From Thermoplasmata archaeon (GTDB lineage Archaea > Thermoplasmatota > Thermoplasmata > Lutacidiplasmatales > UBA184), in assembly GCA_028864975.1 (NCBI GenBank), contig JAGWLG010000007.1:32001-96000 (forward strand): a DNA stretch of 64,000 nucleotides, read 5' to 3'. This document shows positions 44,197 to 54,018 of this stretch, piece after piece. Below the pieces are notes generated by a model. That model was not told the origin of the DNA and searched no databases. It was given only the letters and a program-made list of their open reading frames with translations. The translations under genes were made by a program, and so were the position numbers. The first letter of the stretch is position 1. Each line of letters begins with the position of its first letter.

Positions 44197-45144
44197 ATGC
44201 CCCTCTTCAAGTCCCCGGAGGAGCAGCTCCAGGAAGGGAACGACCGGGTCCTTCGAGGAGACTTCACGGGCGCCCAACGCTCGTTCCTGAGCGCGGCCGA
44301 AGGCTTCGGGAAGAAGGGACGCACGGGCGAGGCCCAGTTCGCACAGACCTTCGCGGTCCTGATGGGCCTCGCCGTCCCTCAAGCAGGGGCGCAGGACTAC
44401 CAGCGCGTGGCCGAGGCCCTGGCCCCGCTCGGGAGTGCTCCCATCAAGCTCGGCACGCGGTCGGTCTCGGCCGCCGACCTGCGGAGGGAGGCGGAGCTCG
44501 CCCGAGAAGAGAAGGACGTCCTCGCCTCGGGCCCCCGGACCCCCGAGGCGCACGAGCAGGCGGGGGCCCGCCTCCAGGCCCTCTCCCTCGCCTACCGGCA
44601 GCTGGGGAACCAGGTCCTGGTGCTTCCTGAGCTCTTCCGTCGTGGGGCGGTTCCCGCATCCTCGAAGGCCCCCGTGCTCGCCGCGCTGGCGGAGGAGGAG
44701 TTCGGCGAGTCCGAGGTCACCCGGGACCCGAAGCGGGCCGCCGAGCACAACCAGAACGCCCGCAACTGGTGGATGCAGGCGGGGGAGTCCGCTCGGGCGG
44801 AGGCCGCGGGTCAGCGGGTCCAGCGCTACGGTCGCGCCGTGAGATGCTGGTTCTGCGGCCGCGAGGCCGCCGGCGACGGGATCAACTTCCGTGGATTGTC
44901 GAGCGACATCGCGGGCTTCGAGCATGAGGACGGGGGAGGAGGCGCGCTGCAGGACAGCGACGCGTCGAGAGGCATCGTCTACGCCTGCCGTCCGTGTGCG
45001 TCGACGGTCGAGCGGTTAGCGGACGAAAAGGCGCAGGCACGGACGAAGGAGATCGAGGACCGGGTGAACCGCATGCTCGCGCAGATGCGGCAGAAAGCGG
45101 GCCCGATGGGCCAGCAGTGGATCCCCGCCAGCCTGCCGCCGTGA
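44197..45144 (+). CDS. TPR/SNAP-like helical protein with C-terminal split Zn finger
   Basis: Helical repeats (AQRSFLSAAEGFGKKG; AAEHNQNARNWWMQAG); CWFCG..ACRPC followed by a coiled coil. Confidence 0.75.
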   Translation: MPLFKSPEEQLQEGNDRVLRGDFTGAQRSFLSAAEGFGKKGRTGEAQFAQTFAVLMGLAVPQAGAQDYQRVAEALAPLGSAPIKLGTRSVSAADLRREAELAREEKDVLASGPRTPEAHEQAGARLQALSLAYRQLGNQVLVLPELFRRGAVPASSKAPVLAALAEEEFGESEVTRDPKRAAEHNQNARNWWMQAGESARAEAAGQRVQRYGRAVRCWFCGREAAGDGINFRGLSSDIAGFEHEDGGGGALQDSDASRGIVYACRPCASTVERLADEKAQARTKEIEDRVNRMLAQMRQKAGPMGQQWIPASLPP

Positions 45145-45163
45145 GGGTCCGCCGAGGTCGTGG

Positions 45164-46744
45164 ATGCGCGCGTCACAGCTCATCGAGACCAAGGCCCTCC
45201 GCTGCTCCTCGTGCGGGGCCCCGCTCCGGGACCCCACGGGCGACCTGGTCTCCTGCGACCACTGCGGAACGGTCCAGAAGTTGGTCGATGCCCGGGCCTT
45301 CCTGGACCAGATCATGCTCCAGGTGAACGCCTTCGTCCGTCAGGCGCTCCCGCTCGGGCTCGACGCCTCGTCCTCGACCACGATCGACCCGGTCGCGCGG
45401 CACAACCTCTGGGTCTCGAGCGTGGGGCCCCGCCTGTCGACGGAGTACGGGGAGTACCGTTTCCGGATCTACAACCTCCTCTCCCACACGATGACGACGC
45501 TCCCGTTCACCCTCGCCATGGACCTTCCCCCGGGAGGGGACCCGAAGGAGGCCTTCCTGTTCCAGGCGAAGGTCCAGTCCGTCGCTTCGCTCGCCGTGGA
45601 CGAGGCGAGCCGCGCCACGGTCGCCGAGTCGGCGGGCCTCGCCGTCGCGTACGCCTACGCGCTCAACAACGCTGCCCTGCTCAAGGGGACGAAGCCCGAG
45701 CGCTACCACCTCATGGGCCAGAACTTCGCCGACGCGGCGCTGGCGCTCCACGGGATCCCTCGCTTCTCCTCGCTGGAGGCGCGGTTCCTCGGGCTCTCGA
45801 GGCTCTCGGACGCGATCGACCAGCTCTCGCAGGCGGACGTGCCCGAGGCCCGGGCGGCCCTCGAGGAGGCGCTGCCCCACCTTTCGCGCGCCAAGGAGGG
45901 GATGACCAAGGACTTCGACCTCGCGGTGATGCTCCAAGCCGTGGACGAGGAGATCTCCCTGACGCGGGCCGCCGGGTCCATGACCGAGGCCGTCGCGTTG
46001 GACCCACGTGGGCTCTCCGCTGGCTCCTTGGGGGCGTTCCAGGGGATCCTTCAGCTCCTCGTTCAACACCGCTCCCAGGCCCCTCCGCTCTGGCAACGCA
46101 CGTTCCGGGCGGGCGACCGTCAGGAGAAGGTCCTCGCGATGACCTTGGACGCTCGCAGGGCCCAGGCGAACTCCTCGACGGTGAAGGTCGCCCCCCTCCC
46201 CGGACCCATGGCCGTCCCGTTCTGGGTGGTCGAAGCCCCCTACTCGTTCCAGACGGGAGCCGCGTGGAGAAAGCATGCGGTGGAGGTCCCCGAGAGGCTC
46301 CTTATCGCCGCCTCCTTCCCCCTGGACGCGGGCGCGATGAGCGGCCAGGACGTAGCGGCGGTGCTCACCGACGTCTTCTCGGCCCGTCAGCGCTCCGGCC
46401 TGATGCAACGCCTCGGAGGGAAGGAGACCTCCATCAGCGAGGGCGGTCCGGTTCAGGGGCTCCTGCGGGCCTCCACGCCCCGGCCGCTCGCCGGCATGCG
46501 GGTCGTGCCTCCGCTCTCCACCCCCGAGGATGCGCTGGTCCTGGCCCAGACCTACATCGATACCTCGCGTCGGACCGACCCGACCCTCGAGAAGCAGCTC
46601 AAGCTCTCCTCCCCGCGTATCGTCGATCTGGTCTACGTCCCGGTCGGCCCGGTCCCTCCTGGGTACCCGCTCATCCCTCCCTTGGGCCCCCTCTCACCGA
46701 GGTCCGTGGGGGACCCCTCGGCCCTAGCCCGCGTGGCCCTCTGA
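45164..46744 (+). CDS. N-terminal zinc ribbon + helical/TPR-like domain + C-terminal alpha/beta domain protein
   Basis: LRCSSCGAPL..VSCDHCGT; helical core; PFWVVE motif. Confidence 0.8.
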   Translation: MRASQLIETKALRCSSCGAPLRDPTGDLVSCDHCGTVQKLVDARAFLDQIMLQVNAFVRQALPLGLDASSSTTIDPVARHNLWVSSVGPRLSTEYGEYRFRIYNLLSHTMTTLPFTLAMDLPPGGDPKEAFLFQAKVQSVASLAVDEASRATVAESAGLAVAYAYALNNAALLKGTKPERYHLMGQNFADAALALHGIPRFSSLEARFLGLSRLSDAIDQLSQADVPEARAALEEALPHLSRAKEGMTKDFDLAVMLQAVDEEISLTRAAGSMTEAVALDPRGLSAGSLGAFQGILQLLVQHRSQAPPLWQRTFRAGDRQEKVLAMTLDARRAQANSSTVKVAPLPGPMAVPFWVVEAPYSFQTGAAWRKHAVEVPERLLIAASFPLDAGAMSGQDVAAVLTDVFSARQRSGLMQRLGGKETSISEGGPVQGLLRASTPRPLAGMRVVPPLSTPEDALVLAQTYIDTSRRTDPTLEKQLKLSSPRIVDLVYVPVGPVPPGYPLIPPLGPLSPRSVGDPSALARVAL

Positions 46745-46800
46745 ACGCCCTCGCCCCAAGCCTCAAGACCGCCCCGCGATGGGGGGGAGAGGGATCCTCG

Positions 46801-48474
46801 TTGGCGACCTCGCACGTGGCCACCTCCTCCCCTCCCCCGAAGGACGTTCTCGACCGGATGGGGGGTCCTGAGGCGTTCGAGCTCCTTCGCGACCTTATCG
46901 CCCTCGACACGACCAACCTCGAGGACCCGGCCCACCACCGTGAGGAGAAGCGGCACTACGTCGAAGCGGCCCAGTTCCTCCAGAAGAAGGCCCAAGCCTT
47001 CGGGCTCAAGGCTCGCATCTGGGACGCGAGGGAAGAGCTCCCCCAGGGCCGTTCGAAGTTCCACGGCCCTCGGCCGAGCGTCATCGCCGATCTGGACCGG
47101 GGGAAGGCCTCGACCGTGCTCGTCCTCGCCCACCTGGACGTGGTCCCGGTCCCCGACGAACAGCTCTCGCGCTGGCAGAGCCCCCCGCACGAGCTCACCT
47201 ACCGCGCGGGGCTAGGGCGGCTCTTCGGCCGCGGATCGAACGATGACCTGGGGAGCGGCGTTCTCTCCTCCCTGTTCGCGCTACGGGCGCTCGCGACCAC
47301 GAAGGACCTCCCGGTCAACGTACGGTTGCTGATCTGTCCCGACGAGGAGACGGGCGGAGCTGGGGGGATCGAAGCGATCGCGGAGCATGACCAAGCGCTC
47401 CCTCCGAACGACCCGAAGCGTCTCCTCAGAGGGGAGCTCGCGCTCATCCCGGATGGCGCTCCCTATGTCGCCGCGGGGTGCAGCGGCGTGGCCTTCATCG
47501 ACCTGGGCATGGACGGTTCCGTTCCGCTCCAGGACCACCTCGCTCTGGGGGACGGCGTGCTCGGGTTCGAGCCCACCGCTCGGAGCTGGGTCTCTCGGCT
47601 GCCTTCCCCGGACCACCCGGACCACGGGGCCCCCGACGCGCACATCACCGGCCGGGCGACGCTCACGAAGATGGACCTCGGAGCCGACCCCGACGGGGTC
47701 CGAAGCGCGCGTCCCTCCCTCCGCCGGGCCCATGCGGAGAGCGATGCGGCCAATCAGATCTCGGAGGCGGTGACCCTTTCGTTCTCAGGAGAGCCTTCCA
47801 AGCTCGACGACCTGCTCTCCTTCCTCGAGAAACACGTCGTCGAACCGTACCGACTGGTCGTCCTGGGCGACCAGCACGGGGCAAGCAAGAGCGCAGGAAC
47901 GCTCGAGCTGCGGGTCATCGGACGCGCGGGACACGCGGGGTACCCCCACAAGGCCGCGAACCCCGTCCCCGTCACGGTCGGGTTGTTGCTGGCTTCCTGC
48001 CGGGAGGGCGTCCTCGAAGGAGAGACACGGACCACAGGGGGCTACACCCTGGACCTTCGATCCCCGCCCGAGATGCCGTCGGAGGACGTGATCGCGCTCT
48101 TCGACAACCGGTTCCGTCTGCTGAGGAGCGAGCTCCCCCGGGCCCGCTACGACGCACCGCTCGCTCGCCGCAGGAGCGGATACGCGCTGGAGGTCAACCA
48201 TCCCGCTGTCCTCGCGGTCCGGCAGGCGTTCGAGGAGGTCGCGGGCGGAAGTGTCGGGGTCTTCGGCGAGTATGGAGGGACCGATGCGAGCGCGCTCCGC
48301 GACCTCACGACCCCCTCGGGCAAGCCCCTGCCGGCCATCGTGGTCGGGGCCATGGACCGAGATGCCCACATCCACGACGCCGAGGAGAGCGCCGATCCCC
48401 GCCTCTTGGGGATGGTCCAGAGGCTGCTCGTGCGGTGCATCGAGGCGGTCGAACCCCCGCCGTCCGCATCGTGA
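46801..48474 (+). CDS. M20 family metallopeptidase/deacylase (ArgE/DapE-like)
   Basis: LAHLDVVP, GRGSNDDLG, DEETGG, GHAGYPH, GGTDA, AHIHDAEE; TTG start at 46801. Confidence 0.9.
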   Translation: MATSHVATSSPPPKDVLDRMGGPEAFELLRDLIALDTTNLEDPAHHREEKRHYVEAAQFLQKKAQAFGLKARIWDAREELPQGRSKFHGPRPSVIADLDRGKASTVLVLAHLDVVPVPDEQLSRWQSPPHELTYRAGLGRLFGRGSNDDLGSGVLSSLFALRALATTKDLPVNVRLLICPDEETGGAGGIEAIAEHDQALPPNDPKRLLRGELALIPDGAPYVAAGCSGVAFIDLGMDGSVPLQDHLALGDGVLGFEPTARSWVSRLPSPDHPDHGAPDAHITGRATLTKMDLGADPDGVRSARPSLRRAHAESDAANQISEAVTLSFSGEPSKLDDLLSFLEKHVVEPYRLVVLGDQHGASKSAGTLELRVIGRAGHAGYPHKAANPVPVTVGLLLASCREGVLEGETRTTGGYTLDLRSPPEMPSEDVIALFDNRFRLLRSELPRARYDAPLARRRSGYALEVNHPAVLAVRQAFEEVAGGSVGVFGEYGGTDASALRDLTTPSGKPLPAIVVGAMDRDAHIHDAEESADPRLLGMVQRLLVRCIEAVEPPPSAS

Positions 48475-48496
48475 GCGCCGCGCCTCGGTGACTGCC

Positions 48497-48688
48497 CTAC
48501 CCCTTGACCGGCGACGTGCAGCAGGCGCACCGCTCTTTCATGCAGTCCCCGCGCCACGAGTGATTGCACTGTTTGCACGAGCAGTACGAGACGTAGGCGG
48601 ACTTCGAGGCCGCGTGCTGGGCCTTGTACATGTCCTTCAACATCGCGTAGTACTGGACGTCGCGGAAGTTGTCCGGGCCCTCGGGCAT
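48497..48688 (-). CDS. Small Cys-rich protein (63 aa)
   Basis: CSCKQCNHSWRGDCMKERCACC; isolated ORF with coding-like codon usage. Confidence 0.65.
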   Translation of the reverse strand: MPEGPDNFRDVQYYAMLKDMYKAQHAASKSAYVSYCSCKQCNHSWRGDCMKERCACCTSPVKG

Positions 48689-48746
48689 GACGGGCTAGCC
48701 CGACCACAGCGCGCTTTTCTCAGTTTCGCACGCGACGAGGGCGCCG

Positions 48747-51700
48747 CTAGTCCCAGGTCCAGCCGCAGAAAGAGCAGTGCTTCTGCTCGTCCAGCCAACG
48801 CCCACAGATCGAACAACGGTTCGAGGACTCGGGGAGACCGTCCGAGGTCAGCGGCGCGGGAGGCGACGCGCTTGGGGGGGCAGGAGCGGGCTCTCGTGGA
48901 GGCCCCCCATCGCTGGGGTGCATCGGCTCCGACGGTGAGGGAGGAGCAGGTGGTTCGAGGGGAGGAGATGCCGGGAGGCCCCCCTGGTCGAGCGGGAATG
49001 CGGGTGGTCCGACCGAAGACACGGCCGGGGGTGGTGGGGGAGGAGGCATGGCAGGGGCCGGTGCCGCCACGGGGGGCCAAGGTGAGGTCGGCGGGGGAAG
49101 TTCCGATGTGGGCGGAGGGGCGTCAGCCGGCGGAGGTCCCGGAGCGACTTCATCGCTCTGAGCCGGCGGCGGGGGCGCTCCCAAGTCCGCGCCCTGCGAG
49201 TCGGGGCTTGCAGGCGGAGGGGGAGCCCCGGCGAACGGGTAGTCTCCCGGAGGGAGCATGTCGGGGCCGCCAGTCCCTCCGTCCGGCAAAGGCTCGGGAG
49301 GTGCCGCCACGTTGGCCGGGGAGGGCGCGACCTCGTCGGGGTACGGCATGCCGCCGTACACCACCGCTCCTGCGGCCGCGCCCTCGGCCATGCCCATGAG
49401 CTGTTCTTCCTCGGGCGACCGCAGGTGCTTGCGCTTGTTGCGCCGCACCACCCCTAGCGCGAGGACCGACGCGACGACGAGGGCGATGACCAGGATCCAC
49501 AGCCACCCGTAGCTCCCGAACAGTCCCCCCAAGATCCCCGGAGCCGGGGCGACCCGGACCTCGACCGAGGCGTTGGCCTGACGGCCCTGCCCGTCGGTGA
49601 CGGTGATGTGGACCCAATAGGTGCCCGCAGAGGAGATGGAGCACGCCCCCCCTGTCCCGCGGACCTGCGTGGTCGAGCACCCGGGTGGGAGCCCACTGTA
49701 ATTGTAGACCAGCCCGCCGCTTCCCCCCGTTGTGGTCGCTTGGAAGAGCACCGACGTTCCGACCGTGGAGTTCGCTGGGGTCGCCGTGAATGACGTGATG
49801 GCAGGGTCGGCGTGGACGGTCAGCGTGGCATTGTCGAAGGCGCTCGCCCCTGTCGCATCATGGACCATGACCTCCGTGGTGAAGGTTCCGGTCCGGGTGG
49901 CGTAGCAACTGAGCGAAGGTGTGTCCCCATTGAGGCAGCCCGGAGGCAGCGCGGGGTAGTCGTAGGAATAGGTGGAGGTCCCTCCCTGGATGCCGACCGT
50001 GAAGACGGTCGGAACGTGCAGGTCCACCACGGTGGGGGTCGCAGCGAACTGGACGATCTGCAGACGAGGGTTCACGTGGAGCGTGAGGTTCGCAAAGACG
50101 GCCCTCGACAGCTGGTCGACGACCTGGACCTCGATCGTGAAGTTCCCCGTGGTCGACGGAGTGCAGGAGAGGTGAGGGTTGTCGACGCTGGAGCACCCCG
50201 AAGGGGTGCCGGCGTACACGAAGGACAGCGGGGCCGTTCCCCCCGTGACGACGACGCTCGCGTTCAGAGCCTGACCCTCGTCAAGGGTGTTGGGAGCCCC
50301 GGCGTTGAACGATCCCGTGAAGGAGACCAGGACCAGGGCCGGGTAGACCTGGACGCTCACCGAGGCACCCTTCGAGGCGCCCGCGCTGTCGTTCACCCAG
50401 AACGAGACCGCATAGGTCCCGGCACCGAGGAACGCGTGGTTGACCGAGGAACCGGTCCCGCTCTGTCCGTCACCGAACTTCCATGCCGTCGTGTAGGCCG
50501 GGGTCCCCCCCCAGAAGGACGCGGAGAAGGCGACCGAGAGGCCGGCGTCCGTCACCGACGGGGTTCGCGTGAGCGATGGGGTCGATAGGGCGGGGTTCAC
50601 CAGCATCGTGAGCGTGGAGCTCGCGGAGCCCCCGGCGGAATCGTTGGCCCAGACCCTCACCGTGTAGTTACCACGCGCAGCGTAGGCGTGCGTTGCCGTG
50701 CTCCCGCTGCCGGGAGCGCTCCCGTCCCCGAACGCCCAGGCGTACGTGAGAGGGGCGGTGCCTCCAGTGCCGAGGGCGGTGAAGGCCACGGGAAGACCGA
50801 CATCGGTGGTCGTCGGGCTCGCGGTTGCCCCGACGGTGGGCAAGGCGTTGACGACCACCACCACGGTGTTCGTCGCAGAAGCTCCCACGGAATCGTTGGC
50901 CCAGAAGTGTGCGGTGAAGGATCCCGCGGCGGTGTAGGGGTGCGTGGGATTCTGTGTCGAGCTCACGGGAGAGCCGTCGCCGAAGCTCCAGGCGTAAGTG
51001 AAGGGGGAGGTCCCTCCGGTCACCGCGCCCGAGAAGGTCACGGGGATCCCCACGTCGGTTGGGCTGGGCGCGGCGGAGGGGGTCGCGACAGGTAGCGGGT
51101 TGATGGTGACCGCGGCCGTCGCCGTGGCACGGCCGCTCGCGGAGTCGTTGACCCAGAGCCATGCCGTGAAGGTCCCAGCCGTGTTGAACGTGTGGCTCGA
51201 AGTGGAGGACGCGGAGTTCCCCCCGTCGCCGTAGCGGACGGCGTAGGTGTAGGGGGTGGTCCCGCCCGCGGCCGTGGCCGAGAACAGAACCGACTTCCCC
51301 ACGTCCGTGGCCGCCGGGAGGGCGCTCAGCGAGGCTGTGAGCGCAATGCTGCCCCCGTCGTACGACCAGCCGTCCGTCGTGTCTGCGAGGGCGGAGGAAT
51401 CGTATCCGTCGAACTGCAGCGCGGTGCCGTCCGCGGGGTCGTCGCTAAGGTCGCCGGCTCCACGCACCGAAGGGGAGGTGGACGGGGTGATCTGGGTCCA
51501 GGCCCCCCCGCTGAAGGTCCACGTGTCGCCTAGGGAGTTCAGCGAGCTGTCAGACCCTCCGAAGAGCAAGACCGCCGAGATCGCGGAATCGTACGCCATC
51601 ATGTTGGCGATGAAGGCGCGCTTTGCCGGAAGTCCCGAGGTGACCGAGGTCCAGCTGCCCCCGACGTACTTCCAGGTGTCGGCGAAGAAGGTCCCCGTGC

Positions 51701-52610
51701 TGAAGTCCTCTCCGCCGAACATGACCACGTAGCTGTCCGCGGCGTCGTAGGCCATGCCATCGCCGTAGCGTGCCGAGGGCCCCGTCGCGGCGGTCGAGGT
51801 CCACTGGCCCCCGGAGAAGGTCCACGTGTCGCTGTCCTCACCCGACGCTCCGTATCCGCCGAAGAGAACGACATAGTTGTCGGCCTGATCGAAGGCCAGG
51901 CCGGCGTAGAACCGCGCGGTAGGGTGCGAGGTGGGCGAGAGTTGGGACCAGATGCCGCCCGAGAAGCTCCAGGTGTCCCCGTAGTAGGCCCCGCTCCAGT
52001 ACTCGGTGCCCCCGAACAGCACGAGGTAGTTGTCCTTCGCGTCCCAGGTCATGGTGCTGTCGAAGCGAGAGGTGGGGCAGCCCGAGGCGCAGGCCGTGGC
52101 CGTGATGTTCGTCCACGTGCCGGTCTTGTAGGTCCAGGTATCCATGGGTTCGGTGGCGGTGGAGTCGTAGAGCCCGCCGAACAGGACCACATACCCGTCC
52201 TTCGCGTCGTAGGCCATCGTGGCGCCTTCGCGGCCCAACGGCGCGCAGGGGGAGCAGACCGAGGTCCACGTCGGGCTGACCAGCGGCCCCGTAGGCGGGC
52301 TGAGGCTCTTCGTGGCCTCCGAGCAGGCGAGCGACGCGCTACCGCCTCCCCCGCACGTCGGCACCGACGCTTGCCGGCGGTCGGGAAGGGCCGCCTCGTG
52401 CAGATGAAGTAGCCTTTCCGTAGCTTGCCCGACGTGGACGGCTCCGGTGGGTGCGACGTGCTCGGTGTCGGGACCCGACACATGGCCGAGAGCGCCGCCG
52501 GGAAGGATCAGAAGCGCGAGGAGCGACCCAACCAGGAGCCGAAGCGCGGTACCTTCGAGAGGGTACCGGCGTCCCTCGGTTCCCGGGGTCGTCGCGGACA
52601 CTGGGAGCAA
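48747..52610 (-). CDS. Kelch-repeat + PKD surface protein with TM, Pro-rich tail and terminal zinc ribbon
   Basis: Six blades (R..MAYD..YVVLFGG..DTW), PKD motifs (WSFGDG, WAFGDG, WKFGDG), TM WILVIALVVASVLALGVV, CSICG..CSFCG. Confidence 0.92.
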   Translation of the reverse strand: MLPVSATTPGTEGRRYPLEGTALRLLVGSLLALLILPGGALGHVSGPDTEHVAPTGAVHVGQATERLLHLHEAALPDRRQASVPTCGGGGSASLACSEATKSLSPPTGPLVSPTWTSVCSPCAPLGREGATMAYDAKDGYVVLFGGLYDSTATEPMDTWTYKTGTWTNITATACASGCPTSRFDSTMTWDAKDNYLVLFGGTEYWSGAYYGDTWSFSGGIWSQLSPTSHPTARFYAGLAFDQADNYVVLFGGYGASGEDSDTWTFSGGQWTSTAATGPSARYGDGMAYDAADSYVVMFGGEDFSTGTFFADTWKYVGGSWTSVTSGLPAKRAFIANMMAYDSAISAVLLFGGSDSSLNSLGDTWTFSGGAWTQITPSTSPSVRGAGDLSDDPADGTALQFDGYDSSALADTTDGWSYDGGSIALTASLSALPAATDVGKSVLFSATAAGGTTPYTYAVRYGDGGNSASSTSSHTFNTAGTFTAWLWVNDSASGRATATAAVTINPLPVATPSAAPSPTDVGIPVTFSGAVTGGTSPFTYAWSFGDGSPVSSTQNPTHPYTAAGSFTAHFWANDSVGASATNTVVVVVNALPTVGATASPTTTDVGLPVAFTALGTGGTAPLTYAWAFGDGSAPGSGSTATHAYAARGNYTVRVWANDSAGGSASSTLTMLVNPALSTPSLTRTPSVTDAGLSVAFSASFWGGTPAYTTAWKFGDGQSGTGSSVNHAFLGAGTYAVSFWVNDSAGASKGASVSVQVYPALVLVSFTGSFNAGAPNTLDEGQALNASVVVTGGTAPLSFVYAGTPSGCSSVDNPHLSCTPSTTGNFTIEVQVVDQLSRAVFANLTLHVNPRLQIVQFAATPTVVDLHVPTVFTVGIQGGTSTYSYDYPALPPGCLNGDTPSLSCYATRTGTFTTEVMVHDATGASAFDNATLTVHADPAITSFTATPANSTVGTSVLFQATTTGGSGGLVYNYSGLPPGCSTTQVRGTGGACSISSAGTYWVHITVTDGQGRQANASVEVRVAPAPGILGGLFGSYGWLWILVIALVVASVLALGVVRRNKRKHLRSPEEEQLMGMAEGAAAGAVVYGGMPYPDEVAPSPANVAAPPEPLPDGGTGGPDMLPPGDYPFAGAPPPPASPDSQGADLGAPPPPAQSDEVAPGPPPADAPPPTSELPPPTSPWPPVAAPAPAMPPPPPPPAVSSVGPPAFPLDQGGLPASPPLEPPAPPSPSEPMHPSDGGPPREPAPAPPSASPPAPLTSDGLPESSNRCSICGRWLDEQKHCSFCGWTWD

Positions 52611-52749
52611 GCAACCGTCTGGGGGCTGAAGAACGTTTTGTTTTTGGACGGACTCATACGGATTTCGGAGTACTCCCCCCGATAGGGCCGCTTTCTCGGC
52701 CAGGTTCGACGCGCGGGGCCCCCAGCACGCGGCTGGTGGCGAGAGGCCC

Positions 52750-53928
52750 CTACGATTTTCGTGAGCGAACAGGCGTGTGTCCCCCTTCTACCTCTCCCTG
52801 CTCCTCCTCCGACCGAGGAGCATCCTCTTCCTCCCCTTTCTCCTGCTCCTTCTCTTCGCCCTTCTCGCCGTCCTTGGGCTCAGGCCGGGGACCCCATCTC
52901 GAGGTGTCGCGCGTGCCTTCGATGGTCACAGGAGATCCCGTAGCGTGCCGCCTCCTGCGGAGGAAGAACCATGTCCCGAAGCTGGTGGCCACGACGACCG
53001 CGGCGCCTCCGACGAGGAGGAGGGCACCCCGAACGTACGAGGAGGAGTTACCCTTCGTCGTGTTGCAGGAGGAGCAGGGTGGCGGGGACTTGGGCGGGGC
53101 AGGGCCGGTGGTGAAGGAAAAGTTGAGCGGCCCCGCCAGATGGACGCCCTGGGCGCTCTCCACGCCCGTACTGATGTTCGCTAGGTAGGTCGTGTTCGGC
53201 AGGAACGGGTGCGTGTGCACCCAGTGGAACGTGAGCCCTCCCGCTCCGCCCAGTCCCCCGGCGACCGGCGGATAGATCGAGAAGTTCCCAGGGAGGCTCG
53301 CAGCGTCCATGACCACGTCGAACGACACCGTGACGTTTGCCCCGAGCGGCACGTTCGTTGAACCGGCGACCGGGCACAGGCCCGAGGGTTGCGGGGTCGC
53401 GTAGACATTGGAGAGCTCGGTGCTGAAGCTCGCCTGCCAGGGGGCCGATAACGGAGTCCCGGACGCGCCCTGAGCCGCCCGCGTCAACGTGAGGACGTAG
53501 GTGGTTCCGTAGCTCAGCGGCCCGGTCAGCGTCCAGTTCAGGTAGGAGCCCGTCACGCTCTCATGCGCTCCGGGCACCGAGGGCGAGACCGAGAACGCAC
53601 CAAGCGTCGCAGGGGCGTTCATCGCCGTTGTGAACCCGACGGAAAGATTCGTCCACACGGGCCAGTTGGCCGTACAATTGGAGGGGAGCGAAGAGAGCAC
53701 CGAAGGGCCCGGAGCCGCTTGGGGCCAGAGTGGATCGTCCACCGCCTTGCCGCGGGAGGTCGATGGCTGGCTAGACGCCTGAGGGGAGGAATCCCCCTTG
53801 GCCATCGCCCCGAACGGCGTGGGCGCCAGGCTCAGGATCAATGAAAGACCGAGGAAGAGGGCGACTGGGGATGGAACGCCTCGACCGCGAGCGAGGCGAC
53901 GCAGGGCACGAGCGACCGTCCGTGGCAA
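52750..53928 (-). CDS. Secreted protein with two SbsA/Big_5-like Ig domains, C-terminal TM and charged tail
   Basis: LSVGFTTAMN..LSYGTTYVLT; PVAGSTNVPLGANVTVSFDVVMD..FLPNTTY; TTG start inferred. Confidence 0.8.
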   Translation of the reverse strand: MPRTVARALRRLARGRGVPSPVALFLGLSLILSLAPTPFGAMAKGDSSPQASSQPSTSRGKAVDDPLWPQAAPGPSVLSSLPSNCTANWPVWTNLSVGFTTAMNAPATLGAFSVSPSVPGAHESVTGSYLNWTLTGPLSYGTTYVLTLTRAAQGASGTPLSAPWQASFSTELSNVYATPQPSGLCPVAGSTNVPLGANVTVSFDVVMDAASLPGNFSIYPPVAGGLGGAGGLTFHWVHTHPFLPNTTYLANISTGVESAQGVHLAGPLNFSFTTGPAPPKSPPPCSSCNTTKGNSSSYVRGALLLVGGAAVVVATSFGTWFFLRRRRHATGSPVTIEGTRDTSRWGPRPEPKDGEKGEEKEQEKGEEEDAPRSEEEQGEVEGGHTPVRSRKS

Positions 53929-53988
53929 CGGCCCGTCGCTCGAGCGACCCGGGGAGGTCTGCGTGGAGCGGACCAATGGACCTACCGA

Positions 53989-53996
53989 GATATAAT
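53989..53996 (+). promoter_or_regulatory. TATA box (leaderless transcript)
   Basis: GATATAAT 23 nt upstream of the GTG at 54019. Confidence 0.55.
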
Positions 53997-54018
53997 CGAC
54001 CCGGCGTAGACCCTTCTC

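Noticed and set aside
45160-46800. N-terminal half of the 1104-aa track ORF 45160-48474
   Set aside because: Arg/Pro/Gly-rich out-of-frame shadow of 45164-46744; the M20 protein begins near TTG 46801
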